NCBI GenBank assembly: GCA_002315825.1
Contig: DCIC01000110.1
Span: 1 to 47,366, forward strand
From: Bacteroidales bacterium UBA1736
GTDB lineage: Bacteria; Bacteroidota; Bacteroidia; Bacteroidales; UBA932
Length of the DNA: 47,366 nucleotides
Direction: 5' to 3'
The translations under genes were made by a program, and so were the position numbers. Numbering within the stretch: the first letter of the stretch is position 1; the number at the start of each line of letters is the position of its first letter. The notes under the pieces are model-generated. The model made no database searches. It was not told the origin of the DNA and saw nothing but the letters and a program-made list of their open reading frames with translations. This document shows positions 1 through 10,153 of the stretch, in pieces.

Positions 1-533
1 ATCAGAAGAATATCCTTGAGCTCCACCCCCTTGCAGCCAAGCAAATCGGTGCTGATAATGGCCGCGGTGGCAGCGGACACCGGACTTCCGGTGATACCGA
101 GCGACGCCGCTATGACAGACACGCTCAGAGGCCTCTCAGGGCGCACTTTGTTCCTGCGGGCAATCTCGGAAATGATAGGCAGGAGCGAATAAGAAGTATG
201 CGCTGTGCCGGCTACGAAGCAAAACAGCCAGCAGGTCAGCGGACCATAATAAGTGATATGCTTCGGATGCTTGCGAAGGAACCCGGCCGCTACCTGGACC
301 AGATAGTCAAGTCCTCCGGAGGCCTGCAGCATAGCCGCCGCCGTGATTACCGCGACGATAATGAACATCACGTCCACCGGAGCCTTGCCAGGTCTGAGAC
401 CAAAGCCGTACACAAGGATGAATACTCCCACCATTCCGGTGACGCCCATACCGATACCGCCTATCCTGGCACCGATGAAAATCATCGCAAGCACAAGGAT
501 GAACTGAATAATGACAATTAATGTTGCTGACAT
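1..533 (-). CDS. Anaerobic C4-dicarboxylate transporter, DcuA/DcuB family (5' part; runs off the window edge)
   Basis: Not in the ORF track. Manual minus-strand translation from the ATG at 533 gives MSATLIVIIQFILVLAMIFIGARIGGIGMGVTG...APVDVMFIIVAVITAAAMLQASGGLDYL...GTAHTSYSLLPIISEIA...RPERPLS, which are hallmark Dcu motifs. Confidence 0.9.
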   Translation of the reverse strand, partial: MSATLIVIIQFILVLAMIFIGARIGGIGMGVTGMVGVFILVYGFGLRPGKAPVDVMFIIVAVITAAAMLQASGGLDYLVQVAAGFLRKHPKHITYYGPLTCWLFCFVAGTAHTSYSLLPIISEIARRNKVRPERPLSVSVIAASLGITGSPVSAATAAIISTDLLGCKGVELKDILL

Positions 534-587
534 CTGGGATTCTTTCTAAGATTCTCAATAAAGTAATGGCGGTCTTTGCCATTATCA

Positions 588-618
588 CAAATATAGTAAA
601 ACAATTCCATTATCTTTG
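588..618. promoter_or_regulatory. Back-to-back Bacteroidetes -7 promoter elements for dcu (minus) and clpP (plus)
   Basis: TATATTTG on the minus strand (588-595) and TATCTTTG on the plus strand (611-618) both match TAnnTTTG. Confidence 0.6.
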
Positions 619-660
619 CAAACAGCAACTATCCGGGTCTTTCCGGCAAACAGTACATAT

Positions 661-1329
661 ATGACAGATTTCGAAAAATACGCAACGCTTGGCTGCGGGA
701 TCAGCTCTCTGACCCTGGACCGCTTCCAGAAGGCCAATGATTCATACATCAACCCCACCATAATCGAAGAGCGCAGGCTCAACGCCACATCCATCGACGT
801 CTTCAGCCGCTTGCTTATGGACAGAATCATCTTTCTGGGCGTGCCCATTGACGATGACGTGGCCAACATCATCCAGGCCCAGCTCCTGTATCTTGCCTCC
901 ACAGACGAAAAGGCAAGTATCAGTATGTATCTCAATACCCCGGGAGGCCAGGTGAGCAGCGGTCTGGGCATATATGACACAATGCAGCTCATCAGCCCCG
1001 ATGTCGCCACCATCTGCACCGGGATGGCTGCCTCAATGGGATCCATATTGCTCTGCGCCGGAGCCAAAGGCAAGCGCTCCTGCCTTCCCCACTCCAGAGT
1101 GATGATACACCAGCCTCTCGGCGGAGCCAAGGGTCAGGCATCAGACATCCTTATTGAAGCCCGTGAGATAGAAAAAATCAGAAAGGAACTCTATGAGATC
1201 CTTTCTGAACATTCTGGTCAGCCCTATGACAAGGTGTTTGCCGATGCTGACCGCAATTTCTGGATGACGGCTACTGAAGCCCTGGACTATGGAATGATTG
1301 ATAAGATCCTAAGTCCCAAGAAGAAGTAA
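661..1329 (+). CDS. clpP: ATP-dependent Clp protease proteolytic subunit
   Basis: DVFSRLLMDRIIFLG, YLNTPGG, GMAASMG (catalytic Ser), MIHQPLGG (His), DRNFWM. The ATG at 661 is preferred over the TTG at 616, which overlaps the promoter. Confidence 0.96.
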   Translation: MTDFEKYATLGCGISSLTLDRFQKANDSYINPTIIEERRLNATSIDVFSRLLMDRIIFLGVPIDDDVANIIQAQLLYLASTDEKASISMYLNTPGGQVSSGLGIYDTMQLISPDVATICTGMAASMGSILLCAGAKGKRSCLPHSRVMIHQPLGGAKGQASDILIEAREIEKIRKELYEILSEHSGQPYDKVFADADRNFWMTATEALDYGMIDKILSPKKK

Positions 1330-2526
1330 TCAAAGACTTCCTTCGATCTTAGCCTTACGCACCAGTGCTTCAAGGAAGTAGTAGTCCGCGTAGTTGAGCG
1401 GTTTGTCCACCTCGGCGCCTCCAGGGAGACTGCCTACCGAGTGCATCAGGATGAAATTGCCGTTCTCTCCTATCTGGGCCCTGTATGCGGGGCTTGAGAG
1501 TGAGGTCATAATCTTGTCAGCGTACTGCTTGTACTGAGAAGGATTATCCACATCCATCGTACTGATTTCGTAGAGAGCCGAGGCTAGAATAGCCGCAGAA
1601 GAGGCATCCCTTGGCGTGTTCGGAATGTCGGGACAGCACATATCCCAGAAGGGGATGCAGTCCTCGGGCATCGACGGATGATTTCTCAGCACATCAAAGG
1701 TCTTGAGGGACTGCTCGATATAACGCCTGTCCCCAGTAAAGCGATAAGCCATTGCGTATCCATATACTGCCCAGGCGTGGCCTCTGGTCCAGATGGACTC
1801 ATCGGAGTATCCTTGGGCTGTGACTTTCTTTCGCACTTCACCTGTCTCGGGGTCATAATCCACTACGTGGTAGCAGCTGCCGTCAGGACGGAAATGCTCC
1901 TTGAGCGTGCGATTGGCGTGACTCACGGCCATTTCATAATACTTGGGATCTCCGCTGAGCTCGCTGGCCTTGAAGAAGAGCTCGAGATTCATCATATTGT
2001 CAATGATGACAGGGAACTTTCGGTCCAGCTTTTCCGACTCGCCCCAAGACTGGGTAAGCCCCACAGTAGGGTTGAAACGGGTTGCAAGGGCATCGGCCGT
2101 GCGGATGATGACATCTTCGTAATTCTCCGAGTTGAGCCTCAGGCCATTTCCGAAGCTGCACATACAGATAAATCCAACATCGTGATTGTCCGTGACTTCC
2201 TGGACACCTCGGATACTCTCAGTGTATTTTTCTGCAAGGGGAATATAGGAAGAGTCCCCGGTGAGCTCATACAGGAGCCAAAGAGTCCCGGGGAAGAATC
2301 CTCCTCTCCAGTCCCGGTAAGAGGCAAACTTGACGGTGTTGTCCTTATTGATGGTTATTGGGGTCAGAATCTGCTCTGCGTCGTTGTCAATGGATTGGAC
2401 GGCCAGATTGATCTGAGCTTTTGCGAAATCGATGTTCTCCTTTATGAAATCGTCAGAGCCTTTGCTGCAGGCAACTGAAAGGACTGTCAGGGCAATCCCT
2501 GAGAAGATGCGGCTGAATGTGGTCAT
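1330..2526 (-). CDS. Unsaturated glucuronyl hydrolase, GH88 family, lipoprotein
   Basis: WRGGFFPGTLW, HDVGF, VIIDNMMNLE, TAQGYSDESIWTRGHAW, RDASSAAI, YADYYFLEAL; lipobox LSVAC. Confidence 0.92.
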   Translation of the reverse strand: MTTFSRIFSGIALTVLSVACSKGSDDFIKENIDFAKAQINLAVQSIDNDAEQILTPITINKDNTVKFASYRDWRGGFFPGTLWLLYELTGDSSYIPLAEKYTESIRGVQEVTDNHDVGFICMCSFGNGLRLNSENYEDVIIRTADALATRFNPTVGLTQSWGESEKLDRKFPVIIDNMMNLELFFKASELSGDPKYYEMAVSHANRTLKEHFRPDGSCYHVVDYDPETGEVRKKVTAQGYSDESIWTRGHAWAVYGYAMAYRFTGDRRYIEQSLKTFDVLRNHPSMPEDCIPFWDMCCPDIPNTPRDASSAAILASALYEISTMDVDNPSQYKQYADKIMTSLSSPAYRAQIGENGNFILMHSVGSLPGGAEVDKPLNYADYYFLEALVRKAKIEGSL

Positions 2527-4442
2527 AGCTTTGTTATTGTGTAGTTGAATTTTCCTGAAATCTGATTCCGTTTGGCTGTAAGGACAATGCGGTACACCTT
2601 GTCTGCCCAGGCCCCGGCAAGACGGGGATCTTCGAGGACTATGGTCTCGACAGTCGCATCGAGGGCATTGCTGTCATATTTGAGTCTTGCCTTTCTTCCT
2701 CCTGTCTCGATATCGATGACCCCATCTGAGCTTTTCTTGACTTCGCCCCAGGTCATAAACATAATCTGAGGGGCTTCCACTGCCTCGGCAAGAGAGAATT
2801 GGTCGGAGATTTTCACGCTCTTGCCCTGAAGGCTGTAGGAGCGTACCCATTTGTTGACCTTCGCCTGCTCGGGGTATGCTCCGGCGATATTGACCGAGAA
2901 AAATCCGGGTCTTGTCACCACATCGGACGCTTTATATTCTGCTCCGTTCATCTGTGCGGTCCCGTTGATGCGGGGGAGATTGTGATAATTGCTCTGCATC
3001 ATCCAGATGGAGTATCTGTCCTTTCCGAAGGTCTGGGCTGTGTAGGTGGGCTGCCCCATATCGATGATGACGGGGTAGTTGTCTATGTAGAGGTTGAAGG
3101 ACCCTATGTCATTGTGATTGTGGCTCTGGCCGTTGTGAGAGCCTTTGGCTGCGAGGAAGATGCCCTCGGGGCTGCTCATATTGTGCTGCTCGGTCTCAGG
3201 ATACCAGGTATATGAAGCCGGAGTGTATTGAAGCGTGGATTCTTCTATTTCCTTGGCAATTCTCAGGTCCTCAATGAATTGCAGGAACTGGGATGAAGGA
3301 TTGGAATGGCTTGCGGGGTCAAATTTGTTGAGCTGCACGGCAAATCCCATAGCCAGCTCGCTCCCGACCGCCTTGCCGAAACGATAGACAGTCGCAGCAC
3401 CGACATCCAGTCTGGGGGGAGCGTCGGCAAAGTTTACGGCCCATTCGAACCCTATGGTCGAGCGAACGATGGCTTCACACATATTTCTTATCTGAGGCAC
3501 ATCAAACAGGGAAACGGCGCCACCGGTAATCATATAGAGGCCGTTGAGATATTCGAAGGTGCGTCCTGCGGCAAGAGTCCAGTAAAGCGGGCCCTCATCC
3601 AAGCCTCCGTCTCCGTTGGAGTAGTTGAGATATTGGTCCATCGAGCGCATTGATTTCCATATCCCCTGCGCGAGACGTTCCGGGTCATTCTCCAGAAGCA
3701 TAAAAGTAAACAGCGCATTGGTGTTGCAGTAGGGAGTCCAGTTGTTGAGATAGTTCCTGCCCGTCATATCGAAGCCGAGCCAGTTGAAATCATCCCTTGT
3801 AAGATATGAGTCCAGCTCCCTGTGCTTTATCTCCTGGTATAGTCTGCGGCTGATCTCAGGCTGTATCTTGTCAAACTCCTCGTGCAGGAAATAGTAAGCC
3901 CACGCGAACATATGGGACATTGCTCCCTGGGGGAGATCCAAAGTGTTGTCCCCCTTTTCGGGAAGGGATCTGCGGGAATAGGACAGATTCACAAGGTGTG
4001 CGGACAATACCCACGAAGTCATCTCACAGGTGTGGAAAAGACCGTTGATGAGCTGGGGTATGAAGCGGCCTTTCCCTTCTGCGAGCTCTGCGGCGAGAAG
4101 ACCGGAGATGGCTCTGTTGTTGGCATCCAGGGTAAACTCGATGGTGTTGCGCTCTCCCGTGGTCTCATAAGCGATATAATCCATCGCCTTGAGGATCTTC
4201 CATTCATAATCCAGGTAGCCTTCTCCGTGCTTGATGATAGCCTCCTTATATTTTCCCGTCATAGCGTCCCATCCTTCTCTGTCCTGATAGTCAGGGAAGG
4301 TAACCCATTTCTGATTGAGGACAAGAGACTTTTTGAGGTCTTCATAACTGATGGCTTTCTGGAGGTAATTCCGCTCTGCAAAGGCTTTTGCATTGAGCGA
4401 TACACAGAGAGCGAAGCTTAGAAATAATAGGACTCGTTTCAT
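2523..4442 (-). CDS. Heparinase II/III-family polysaccharide lyase-like protein, secreted
   Basis: Signal peptide; NNWTPYC, DGGLDEGPLYW, VNFADA, KGSHNGQSHNHNDIGSF, HNLPRING; overlaps the GH88 start by 4 bp. Confidence 0.85.
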   Translation of the reverse strand: MKRVLLFLSFALCVSLNAKAFAERNYLQKAISYEDLKKSLVLNQKWVTFPDYQDREGWDAMTGKYKEAIIKHGEGYLDYEWKILKAMDYIAYETTGERNTIEFTLDANNRAISGLLAAELAEGKGRFIPQLINGLFHTCEMTSWVLSAHLVNLSYSRRSLPEKGDNTLDLPQGAMSHMFAWAYYFLHEEFDKIQPEISRRLYQEIKHRELDSYLTRDDFNWLGFDMTGRNYLNNWTPYCNTNALFTFMLLENDPERLAQGIWKSMRSMDQYLNYSNGDGGLDEGPLYWTLAAGRTFEYLNGLYMITGGAVSLFDVPQIRNMCEAIVRSTIGFEWAVNFADAPPRLDVGAATVYRFGKAVGSELAMGFAVQLNKFDPASHSNPSSQFLQFIEDLRIAKEIEESTLQYTPASYTWYPETEQHNMSSPEGIFLAAKGSHNGQSHNHNDIGSFNLYIDNYPVIIDMGQPTYTAQTFGKDRYSIWMMQSNYHNLPRINGTAQMNGAEYKASDVVTRPGFFSVNIAGAYPEQAKVNKWVRSYSLQGKSVKISDQFSLAEAVEAPQIMFMTWGEVKKSSDGVIDIETGGRKARLKYDSNALDATVETIVLEDPRLAGAWADKVYRIVLTAKRNQISGKFNYTITKL

Positions 4443-4460
4443 AATTAATGTGGTATTTCA

Positions 4461-4486
4461 CAAAAATAGTAAAATCGTTATATTTG
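4461..4486. promoter_or_regulatory. Divergent -7 promoter elements for the lyase/GH88 and kduD operons
   Basis: TATTTTTG on the minus strand (4461-4468) and TATATTTG on the plus strand (4479-4486), within a 59-bp intergenic gap. Confidence 0.6.
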
Positions 4487-4501
4487 TGAAATTGATTGAC
4501 A

Positions 4502-5299
4502 ATGAATAATATTTTCTCTCTTGAAGGAAAAGTGGCTCTGGTGACCGGAGCTGCGTATGGGATAGGATTTGCGATAGCTCAGGCATACGCTCTGGCAGGA
4601 GCAAAGATAGCATTCAACTGCCGCTCTAAGGAGCATCTGGATAAGGCGTTGGCGGATTATGCCGCTCAGGGCATCGATGCAAAGGGTTATATCTGCGATG
4701 TGACCCGCGAGGATGAGGTGAAGGCTATGGTCTCGGACATTGAGAAAAGCTTAGGCCCGGTAGATATCCTGGTCAACAATGCCGGCATCATCAAGCGTAT
4801 CCCGATGATCGAGATGTCGGTGGAGGATTTCCGACAAGTGATTGACATTGACCTCAATGCAGCATTCATCTGCTCCAAGGCGGTCCTTCCCTCGATGATG
4901 AAGCGCAAGGCGGGCAAGATTATCAATATCTGCTCAATGATGAGCGAGCTGGGGCGCGAGACAGTGAGCGCCTATGCGGCGGCGAAGGGCGGGCTGAAGA
5001 TGCTGACCCGCAATATTGCATCCGAATACGGCCAATACAACATTCAGTGCAACGGCATCGGCCCCGGGTACATCGCAACTCCGCAGACTGCGCCTCTTCG
5101 CGAGCCTCAGAGCGACGGTACCCCTCACCCCTTCGACCAATTCATCATTGCCAAGACTCCGGCGGCCCGCTGGGGGGATGTGGATGACCTCAAGGGCCCT
5201 GCTGTCTTCCTGGCTTCAAAGGCTTCCGATTTTGTCAACGGCCATATTCTCTATGTGGACGGAGGCATTCTTGCATATATAGGTAAACAACCCAAATAA
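4502..5299 (+). CDS. kduD: SDR, gluconate 5-dehydrogenase / 2-deoxy-D-gluconate 3-dehydrogenase (KduD-type by context)
   Basis: TGAAYGIG, NNAG, YAAAK, C-terminal GHILYVDGGILAYIGKQP; adjacent to kduI. Confidence 0.85.
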   Translation: MNNIFSLEGKVALVTGAAYGIGFAIAQAYALAGAKIAFNCRSKEHLDKALADYAAQGIDAKGYICDVTREDEVKAMVSDIEKSLGPVDILVNNAGIIKRIPMIEMSVEDFRQVIDIDLNAAFICSKAVLPSMMKRKAGKIINICSMMSELGRETVSAYAAAKGGLKMLTRNIASEYGQYNIQCNGIGPGYIATPQTAPLREPQSDGTPHPFDQFIIAKTPAARWGDVDDLKGPAVFLASKASDFVNGHILYVDGGILAYIGKQPK

Positions 5300-5307
5300 G
5301 ATTGATT

Positions 5308-6153
5308 ATGTCAAAAGTGAATTGCAGCGTCAGGCAGGCTTCCAGCAATGTGGATGCCAAGCATTATGATACAGAGCGTCTTCGCCAGGAGTACCTTGTG
5401 GAGAATATTATGGTCCCGGGCGAGATCAATATGGTGTACAGTATGTTTGACCGTATCATCGCCGGAGGCGCCGTGCCCCTCGAAGAGGAGCTTGTGCTTA
5501 CGCCTCCCGAAGTGCTCAGATCCGAGTGGTTTACCCAGCGGCGCGAACTGGGCATAATCAATGTCGGTGGAGCGGGCGTAGTCAAGGTGGGAGACGACGA
5601 ATACGAAATCCCTTTCAAGGAAGCTCTGTATGTGGGTCGCGGAGACCGCCACGTCAGCTTCCGGAGTCTGGACCCTTCGCATCCTGCACACTTCTATTTC
5701 AATTCAGCGACCGCTCATCGCGAGACCGGTATCAAGAAGGTCAGCAAGAAGGATGCAGTGGTGATGCATCTGGGCAGTCTGGAGGAGAGCAATGAGCGTA
5801 CGATCAACAGACTCCTTGTAAAGGAGGTGGTGCCCTGCTGCCAGCTGCAGATGGGTATGACTGAGCTAGCTCCCGGGAGCACTTGGAACACAATGCCCGC
5901 CCATACCCACGATCGCCGTATGGAAGTGTATTTCTATTTCGAATTGAGCGAGGATGCTGCGGTCTGCCACTTTATGGGAGAGCCTCAGCAGACACGCCAT
6001 ATCTGGATGGCCAATGAGCAGGCAGTCATCAGTCCCCAGTGGAGCATTCACTCCGCTTGTGCGACCCGCAATTATACCTTCATCTGGGGAATGTGCGGAG
6101 AGAATGATGACTATAATGATATGGACTGGTGCGCCACAAAGGATCTGAGGTAG
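5308..6153 (+). CDS. kduI: 4-deoxy-L-threo-5-hexosulose-uronate ketol-isomerase
   Basis: RRELGIINVGG, QLQMGMTEL, WNTMPAHTHDRRMEVYFYF, WSIHS, YTFIWGMCGEN. Confidence 0.95.
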   Translation: MSKVNCSVRQASSNVDAKHYDTERLRQEYLVENIMVPGEINMVYSMFDRIIAGGAVPLEEELVLTPPEVLRSEWFTQRRELGIINVGGAGVVKVGDDEYEIPFKEALYVGRGDRHVSFRSLDPSHPAHFYFNSATAHRETGIKKVSKKDAVVMHLGSLEESNERTINRLLVKEVVPCCQLQMGMTELAPGSTWNTMPAHTHDRRMEVYFYFELSEDAAVCHFMGEPQQTRHIWMANEQAVISPQWSIHSACATRNYTFIWGMCGENDDYNDMDWCATKDLR

Positions 6154-7014
6154 ATGAGACGCTTTCTGATACTATTGTCTCTGCTTGCTGCAGGGTGCAG
6201 CGCTCCTCAGGGACCTTCGGTTATGGCTAGGCACGTTCCCGAGCGCGCGGATGATTTTGTATTTGAGAATCTGTACATTGCCGGGCGCATCTACGGAGAG
6301 GCCCTGGAAAAGGAGACGCTTTCTCCCGGCATCGACATTTGGGTGAAATTGCCCGGTGCTCTTGTTGCGGATGAGATGTACCGGCAGGAGCTCGAAGAGG
6401 GCAAGACCTACCACAAATTCCACGGTCTGGGCAAGGATTGCTACAAGGTCGGCCAGAGTCTCGGGGGAGGGGCCTCCGCTCTTCTGATTGACAACAATCT
6501 CCAGTACCCTGCGACCAATTGGCGCAGTTATGAGATTCTGGAGCAGGAGAATGACAGGATTGTATTTGTCCTGCATTATCCCGAGTGGACTGAGAGCGGG
6601 CAGACAATGTCCTTGGACAAGAAAATAACAGTGACCGCAGAGAGTCATTTCTGCAAGGTTGAGGATTGCTGGAAGTTTTCGGGAGAATATGGGGACAGTC
6701 TGTATGTGGCGGCCGGTGTGCTTCGCCACCCTGCACAGAATACTATCGAGGAGGAATTGATTCTCTCTGACCGCTATGCAATCTGGGAGAAGGCTTCCGA
6801 CACCTCTGCTGAGAGCGAGGACGGTATGCTGGGAGTGGCTGTGTTCGCTCCACTCTCTGATATGGTCTGCCTGTCCCAGGGGGATGAGCACGGGCTGTGT
6901 GTGAAGAAGATTGCTTCGGGCGAGACATTCACATATTATTTCGGCAATTGCTGGAGTAAGGGCGGTGTGGCTACTGCCCAGGATTGGTTTTCAATGGTTA
7001 AGAGTCTAGAATAA
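6154..7014 (+). CDS. DUF4861-like lipoprotein
   Basis: Lipobox LAAGC; PERADDFVFEN, GIDIWVK, YHKFHGLGKDCYKVGQSLGGG, YYFGNCWSK. This family is commonly found beside uronate catabolic genes in Bacteroidetes. Confidence 0.75.
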   Translation: MRRFLILLSLLAAGCSAPQGPSVMARHVPERADDFVFENLYIAGRIYGEALEKETLSPGIDIWVKLPGALVADEMYRQELEEGKTYHKFHGLGKDCYKVGQSLGGGASALLIDNNLQYPATNWRSYEILEQENDRIVFVLHYPEWTESGQTMSLDKKITVTAESHFCKVEDCWKFSGEYGDSLYVAAGVLRHPAQNTIEEELILSDRYAIWEKASDTSAESEDGMLGVAVFAPLSDMVCLSQGDEHGLCVKKIASGETFTYYFGNCWSKGGVATAQDWFSMVKSLE

Positions 7015-8045
7015 TGTCAAGGATAGTTACATTTGGAGAGATAATGCTCAGGCTCTCCACACCCGGATTTCTTCGTTTCGCCCAGGCGGGACAATATGAT
7101 GCCACCTTCGGTGGTGGTGAGGCCAATGTGGCCGTGTCTCTCTCCAATTTCGGGATGGATGCGTCTTTTGTGACAAGACTTCCCGACAATGATATTGCAA
7201 ATGCTTGCCTGAGTGAGCTGCGTTCGCTGGGTGTGGATACCTCTGGTATTGTGAGAGGTGGGGAACGCCTCGGTATTTATTTTCTTGAGACCGGAGCAGT
7301 GTCCCGTCCTTCCAAAGTGGTCTATGACCGTGCGGGCAGTTCGTTCTCCACAATCACTCCCGGGATGATAGACTGGGACAAAGTCTTCGAAGGGGCGGAG
7401 TGGTTTCACTGGACGGGTATCACTCCCGCTGTCAGTCAGGGAGCGGCAGATGCCTGCCTTGAAGCAGTCAAGGCCGCAAAGCGGCTGGGATTGACCGTAA
7501 GTTGCGATCTTAATTTCAGAAAGAATCTTTGGAAATATGGCAAGTCGGCGTCTGAGGTGATGCCCGCTCTGGTAGAGTATTCAGATGTCATTCTGGGTAA
7601 TGAAGAGGACGCGCAGAAAGTCTTCGGTATCGGAGCGGAAGGTGTTGACCTGACTTCCGGGAAGATAGATTCGGGAAGATACCGCAGTGTGTGTGAGCAA
7701 TTGATGGCTAGATTCCCTCGGGCAAGGAAGATTATCATTACTCTCAGGGGGTCTATCAACGCCAGCCATAATACTTGGCGAGGTGTGTTGTGGGACGGCA
7801 GGACCCTGTTTGAGTCCAAGAGCTATGATATTACGCATATCGTGGACCGTGTCGGAGGCGGGGATTCGTTTATGGGCGGCCTTATCTATGGTCTGCTTAC
7901 ATATAAGGATGATGCGAGGGCTTTGGATTTCGCTGCGGCGGCATCCTGTCTGAAGCACACCATTTTCGGTGATTACAATAGGGTGACTGTGGGGGAAGTT
8001 GAAAATCTGATGGCCGGAGATGGGTCCGGTCGAGTGTCCAGGTAA
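7014..8045 (+). CDS. kdgK: 2-dehydro-3-deoxygluconokinase (PfkB family)
   Basis: VTFGEIMLRL, GGGEANVA, DLNFRKNLW, DRVGGGDSF, GDGSGRVSR. Confidence 0.93.
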   Translation: MSRIVTFGEIMLRLSTPGFLRFAQAGQYDATFGGGEANVAVSLSNFGMDASFVTRLPDNDIANACLSELRSLGVDTSGIVRGGERLGIYFLETGAVSRPSKVVYDRAGSSFSTITPGMIDWDKVFEGAEWFHWTGITPAVSQGAADACLEAVKAAKRLGLTVSCDLNFRKNLWKYGKSASEVMPALVEYSDVILGNEEDAQKVFGIGAEGVDLTSGKIDSGRYRSVCEQLMARFPRARKIIITLRGSINASHNTWRGVLWDGRTLFESKSYDITHIVDRVGGGDSFMGGLIYGLLTYKDDARALDFAAAASCLKHTIFGDYNRVTVGEVENLMAGDGSGRVSR

Positions 8046-8050
8046 GAAAG

Positions 8051-8728
8051 ATGGCGGATTTTAAGAAAGAAGATGTGGTCTCTACAATGATAGAGACAGG
8101 GATGATACCGGTGTTCTATCATCAGGATGCGGATATTGCCTGTAAGGTGATGAAGGCCTGCTATGATGGGGGAGTTCGGGTGTTTGAGTTTACAAACCGT
8201 GGAGAGAAGGCGGTCGAGGTCTTCCGCGAGCTGAAAAAGTACGCTGAGTCTCTGCCCGGGATGATTCTCGGTATAGGTTCGATATCATATCCTAAGGACG
8301 CGAGGCGATTTATCCGTCTCGGAGCCAATTTTGTCGTGGGCCCTCAGTTTGTGCCTTGTGTGGCTGCAGTGTGCCGCCTGCGCGGCATCCCTTATGTGCC
8401 CGGATGCGGGACCGTATCGGAAGTCGGACGTGCTCAGCGATGGGGAAGCCCGGTGTGCAAATTGTTTCCTGGAGATGTTTTGGGACCCAAGTTTGTCAAA
8501 TCCCTGCTCGCTCCTATGCCTTGGAGCAAATTGATGGTCACGGGAGGGGTGAAGCCTGAAAAAGACAATCTCGAGGCCTGGTTCTCCTCTGGGGTGTCCT
8601 GCGTCGGTATGGGGTCCAATCTCTTTCCGAAGGAGGCCGTCGCTTCCGGAGATTGGTCTGTCATTGCAGGTCTGTGCTCATCGACCTTGGCTACAATTGC
8701 ATCTTTGCGCGGGAAGAGATATCTTTAG
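8051..8728 (+). CDS. eda: KDPG / 4-hydroxy-2-oxoglutarate aldolase
   Basis: FEFTNRG, PGCGTVSE, KLFPG, MVTGGV, VGMGSNLF. Confidence 0.92.
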   Translation: MADFKKEDVVSTMIETGMIPVFYHQDADIACKVMKACYDGGVRVFEFTNRGEKAVEVFRELKKYAESLPGMILGIGSISYPKDARRFIRLGANFVVGPQFVPCVAAVCRLRGIPYVPGCGTVSEVGRAQRWGSPVCKLFPGDVLGPKFVKSLLAPMPWSKLMVTGGVKPEKDNLEAWFSSGVSCVGMGSNLFPKEAVASGDWSVIAGLCSSTLATIASLRGKRYL

Positions 8729-8737
8729 GGCAGGTTT

Positions 8738-10150
8738 ATGAAAAACGTTGTCGACCTAATATATAACATCGTCTGGAGTCCGGCCCTTCTGGTGCTGCTG
8801 GTGGGAGCGGGTCTGTATTTTTCGATAAGGACGAGATTTGTGCAGATAAGGCGTATTGGCCTTATGGTGAATATGATGTTCCGTCCTGTGAAAAAGGAGG
8901 GGAAGATGGGTTTTTCTCCTTATCAGGCGCTGTGCGTCTCTATTTCGGGAAGAGTGGGGACCGGAAATATCGTCGGTGTGGCTACCGCTATTGCTTTTGG
9001 CGGACCCGGCTCGGTGTTCTGGATGTGGGTGATTGCGTTCCTTGGCGCTTCGACTGCCTTTACGGAGTCCACATTGGCTCAGTTATATAAGTTTCCTCAT
9101 AGGAAGGCTTTCCGTGGGGGTCCTGCATCATATATTGAGAAGGGGCTCAATCTCCCGTGGCTGGGTGTCGTTTTCGCTATATTGACCGTATGCGGTTATG
9201 GTATTCTGCTGCTTTTTGTGCAGTCAAATGGGGTTGCGGTAGCGTTCAACAATACTTTTGAGATTCCCAATTGGGTGAGTGGGATTATTCTTGCCTTCTT
9301 TGTGGGGCTGGTCGTTATCGGAGGAGCGAGGCGTATTACCCACGTTGCGCAGGCTGTTACACCGTTTATGGCTTTGGCGTACTTGATCGTTGCGTTGATT
9401 GTGATAGCAGTGAATATTGAGGCGGTCCCCGGAGCATTCGCATCTATTTTTACCAATGCTTTCGGTATCAATCCCATTACGGGTGGTATTTTGGGAAGCA
9501 CTATAGCGATGGGTATCAAGCGCGGGCTGTTTTCCAATGAGGCGGGGCAGGGAGGCGGTGCCATTGTTTCTGCCGGGGCTATCACTGAATCTCCTGCTCA
9601 GCAGGGACTTGTCCAGGCTTTTTCCGTTTATGTGGATACTTTGCTCGTGTGTACGGCCACGGCGCTTATGATTCTGGTTTCCGGTACTTTCAATGTCTTT
9701 GACGCGACTACTGGCGAGATGATTTATGCCGGGGCTCCCGAGTTGGGGAATAACTATGTGTCCTATACACAGGCAGCGATTGACAGTGTGTTGGAAGGGG
9801 TGGGCAGTCCGTTGGTGTCAATGGCTTTGTGGCTGTTTGTGTTTACCTCTCTGTTGGCATATTATTATTATGCGGAGTCGAGCTTGATTTTCCTGTTCAA
9901 TAGAAGGAATAATATGCGTAGATATACTGAACGGATAATCATTTGGGTGTATCGCTTCATTTTTGTTTTGTTTATTTATATAGGTTCGTTCATTTCTTCA
10001 GATGCGGCCTGGACCTTGGGTGATGTAGGAGTCGGTATCACGGCGTGGATCAATGTGATTGCTCTGCTGATTCTTTTCCCTCAGGCTCTGCGGGCCTTGC
10101 AGGACTGTGAGAAGCACTTCCCGGTCAAAAAGAAACATTTACATAATTAG
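8738..10150 (+). CDS. Alanine/glycine:cation symporter (AGCS/AlsT family)
   Basis: GRVGTGNIVGVATAI, GGPGSVFWMW, ESTLAQLYK, GIKRGLFSNEAG, VYVDTLLVCTATA. Confidence 0.92.
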   Translation: MKNVVDLIYNIVWSPALLVLLVGAGLYFSIRTRFVQIRRIGLMVNMMFRPVKKEGKMGFSPYQALCVSISGRVGTGNIVGVATAIAFGGPGSVFWMWVIAFLGASTAFTESTLAQLYKFPHRKAFRGGPASYIEKGLNLPWLGVVFAILTVCGYGILLLFVQSNGVAVAFNNTFEIPNWVSGIILAFFVGLVVIGGARRITHVAQAVTPFMALAYLIVALIVIAVNIEAVPGAFASIFTNAFGINPITGGILGSTIAMGIKRGLFSNEAGQGGGAIVSAGAITESPAQQGLVQAFSVYVDTLLVCTATALMILVSGTFNVFDATTGEMIYAGAPELGNNYVSYTQAAIDSVLEGVGSPLVSMALWLFVFTSLLAYYYYAESSLIFLFNRRNNMRRYTERIIIWVYRFIFVLFIYIGSFISSDAAWTLGDVGVGITAWINVIALLILFPQALRALQDCEKHFPVKKKHLHN

Positions 10151-10153
10151 TAT

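Noticed and set aside
198-588. ORFs 198-521 (+) and 307-588 (-)
   Set aside because: Shadow frames of the dcu gene, which the track missed because it runs off the window edge.
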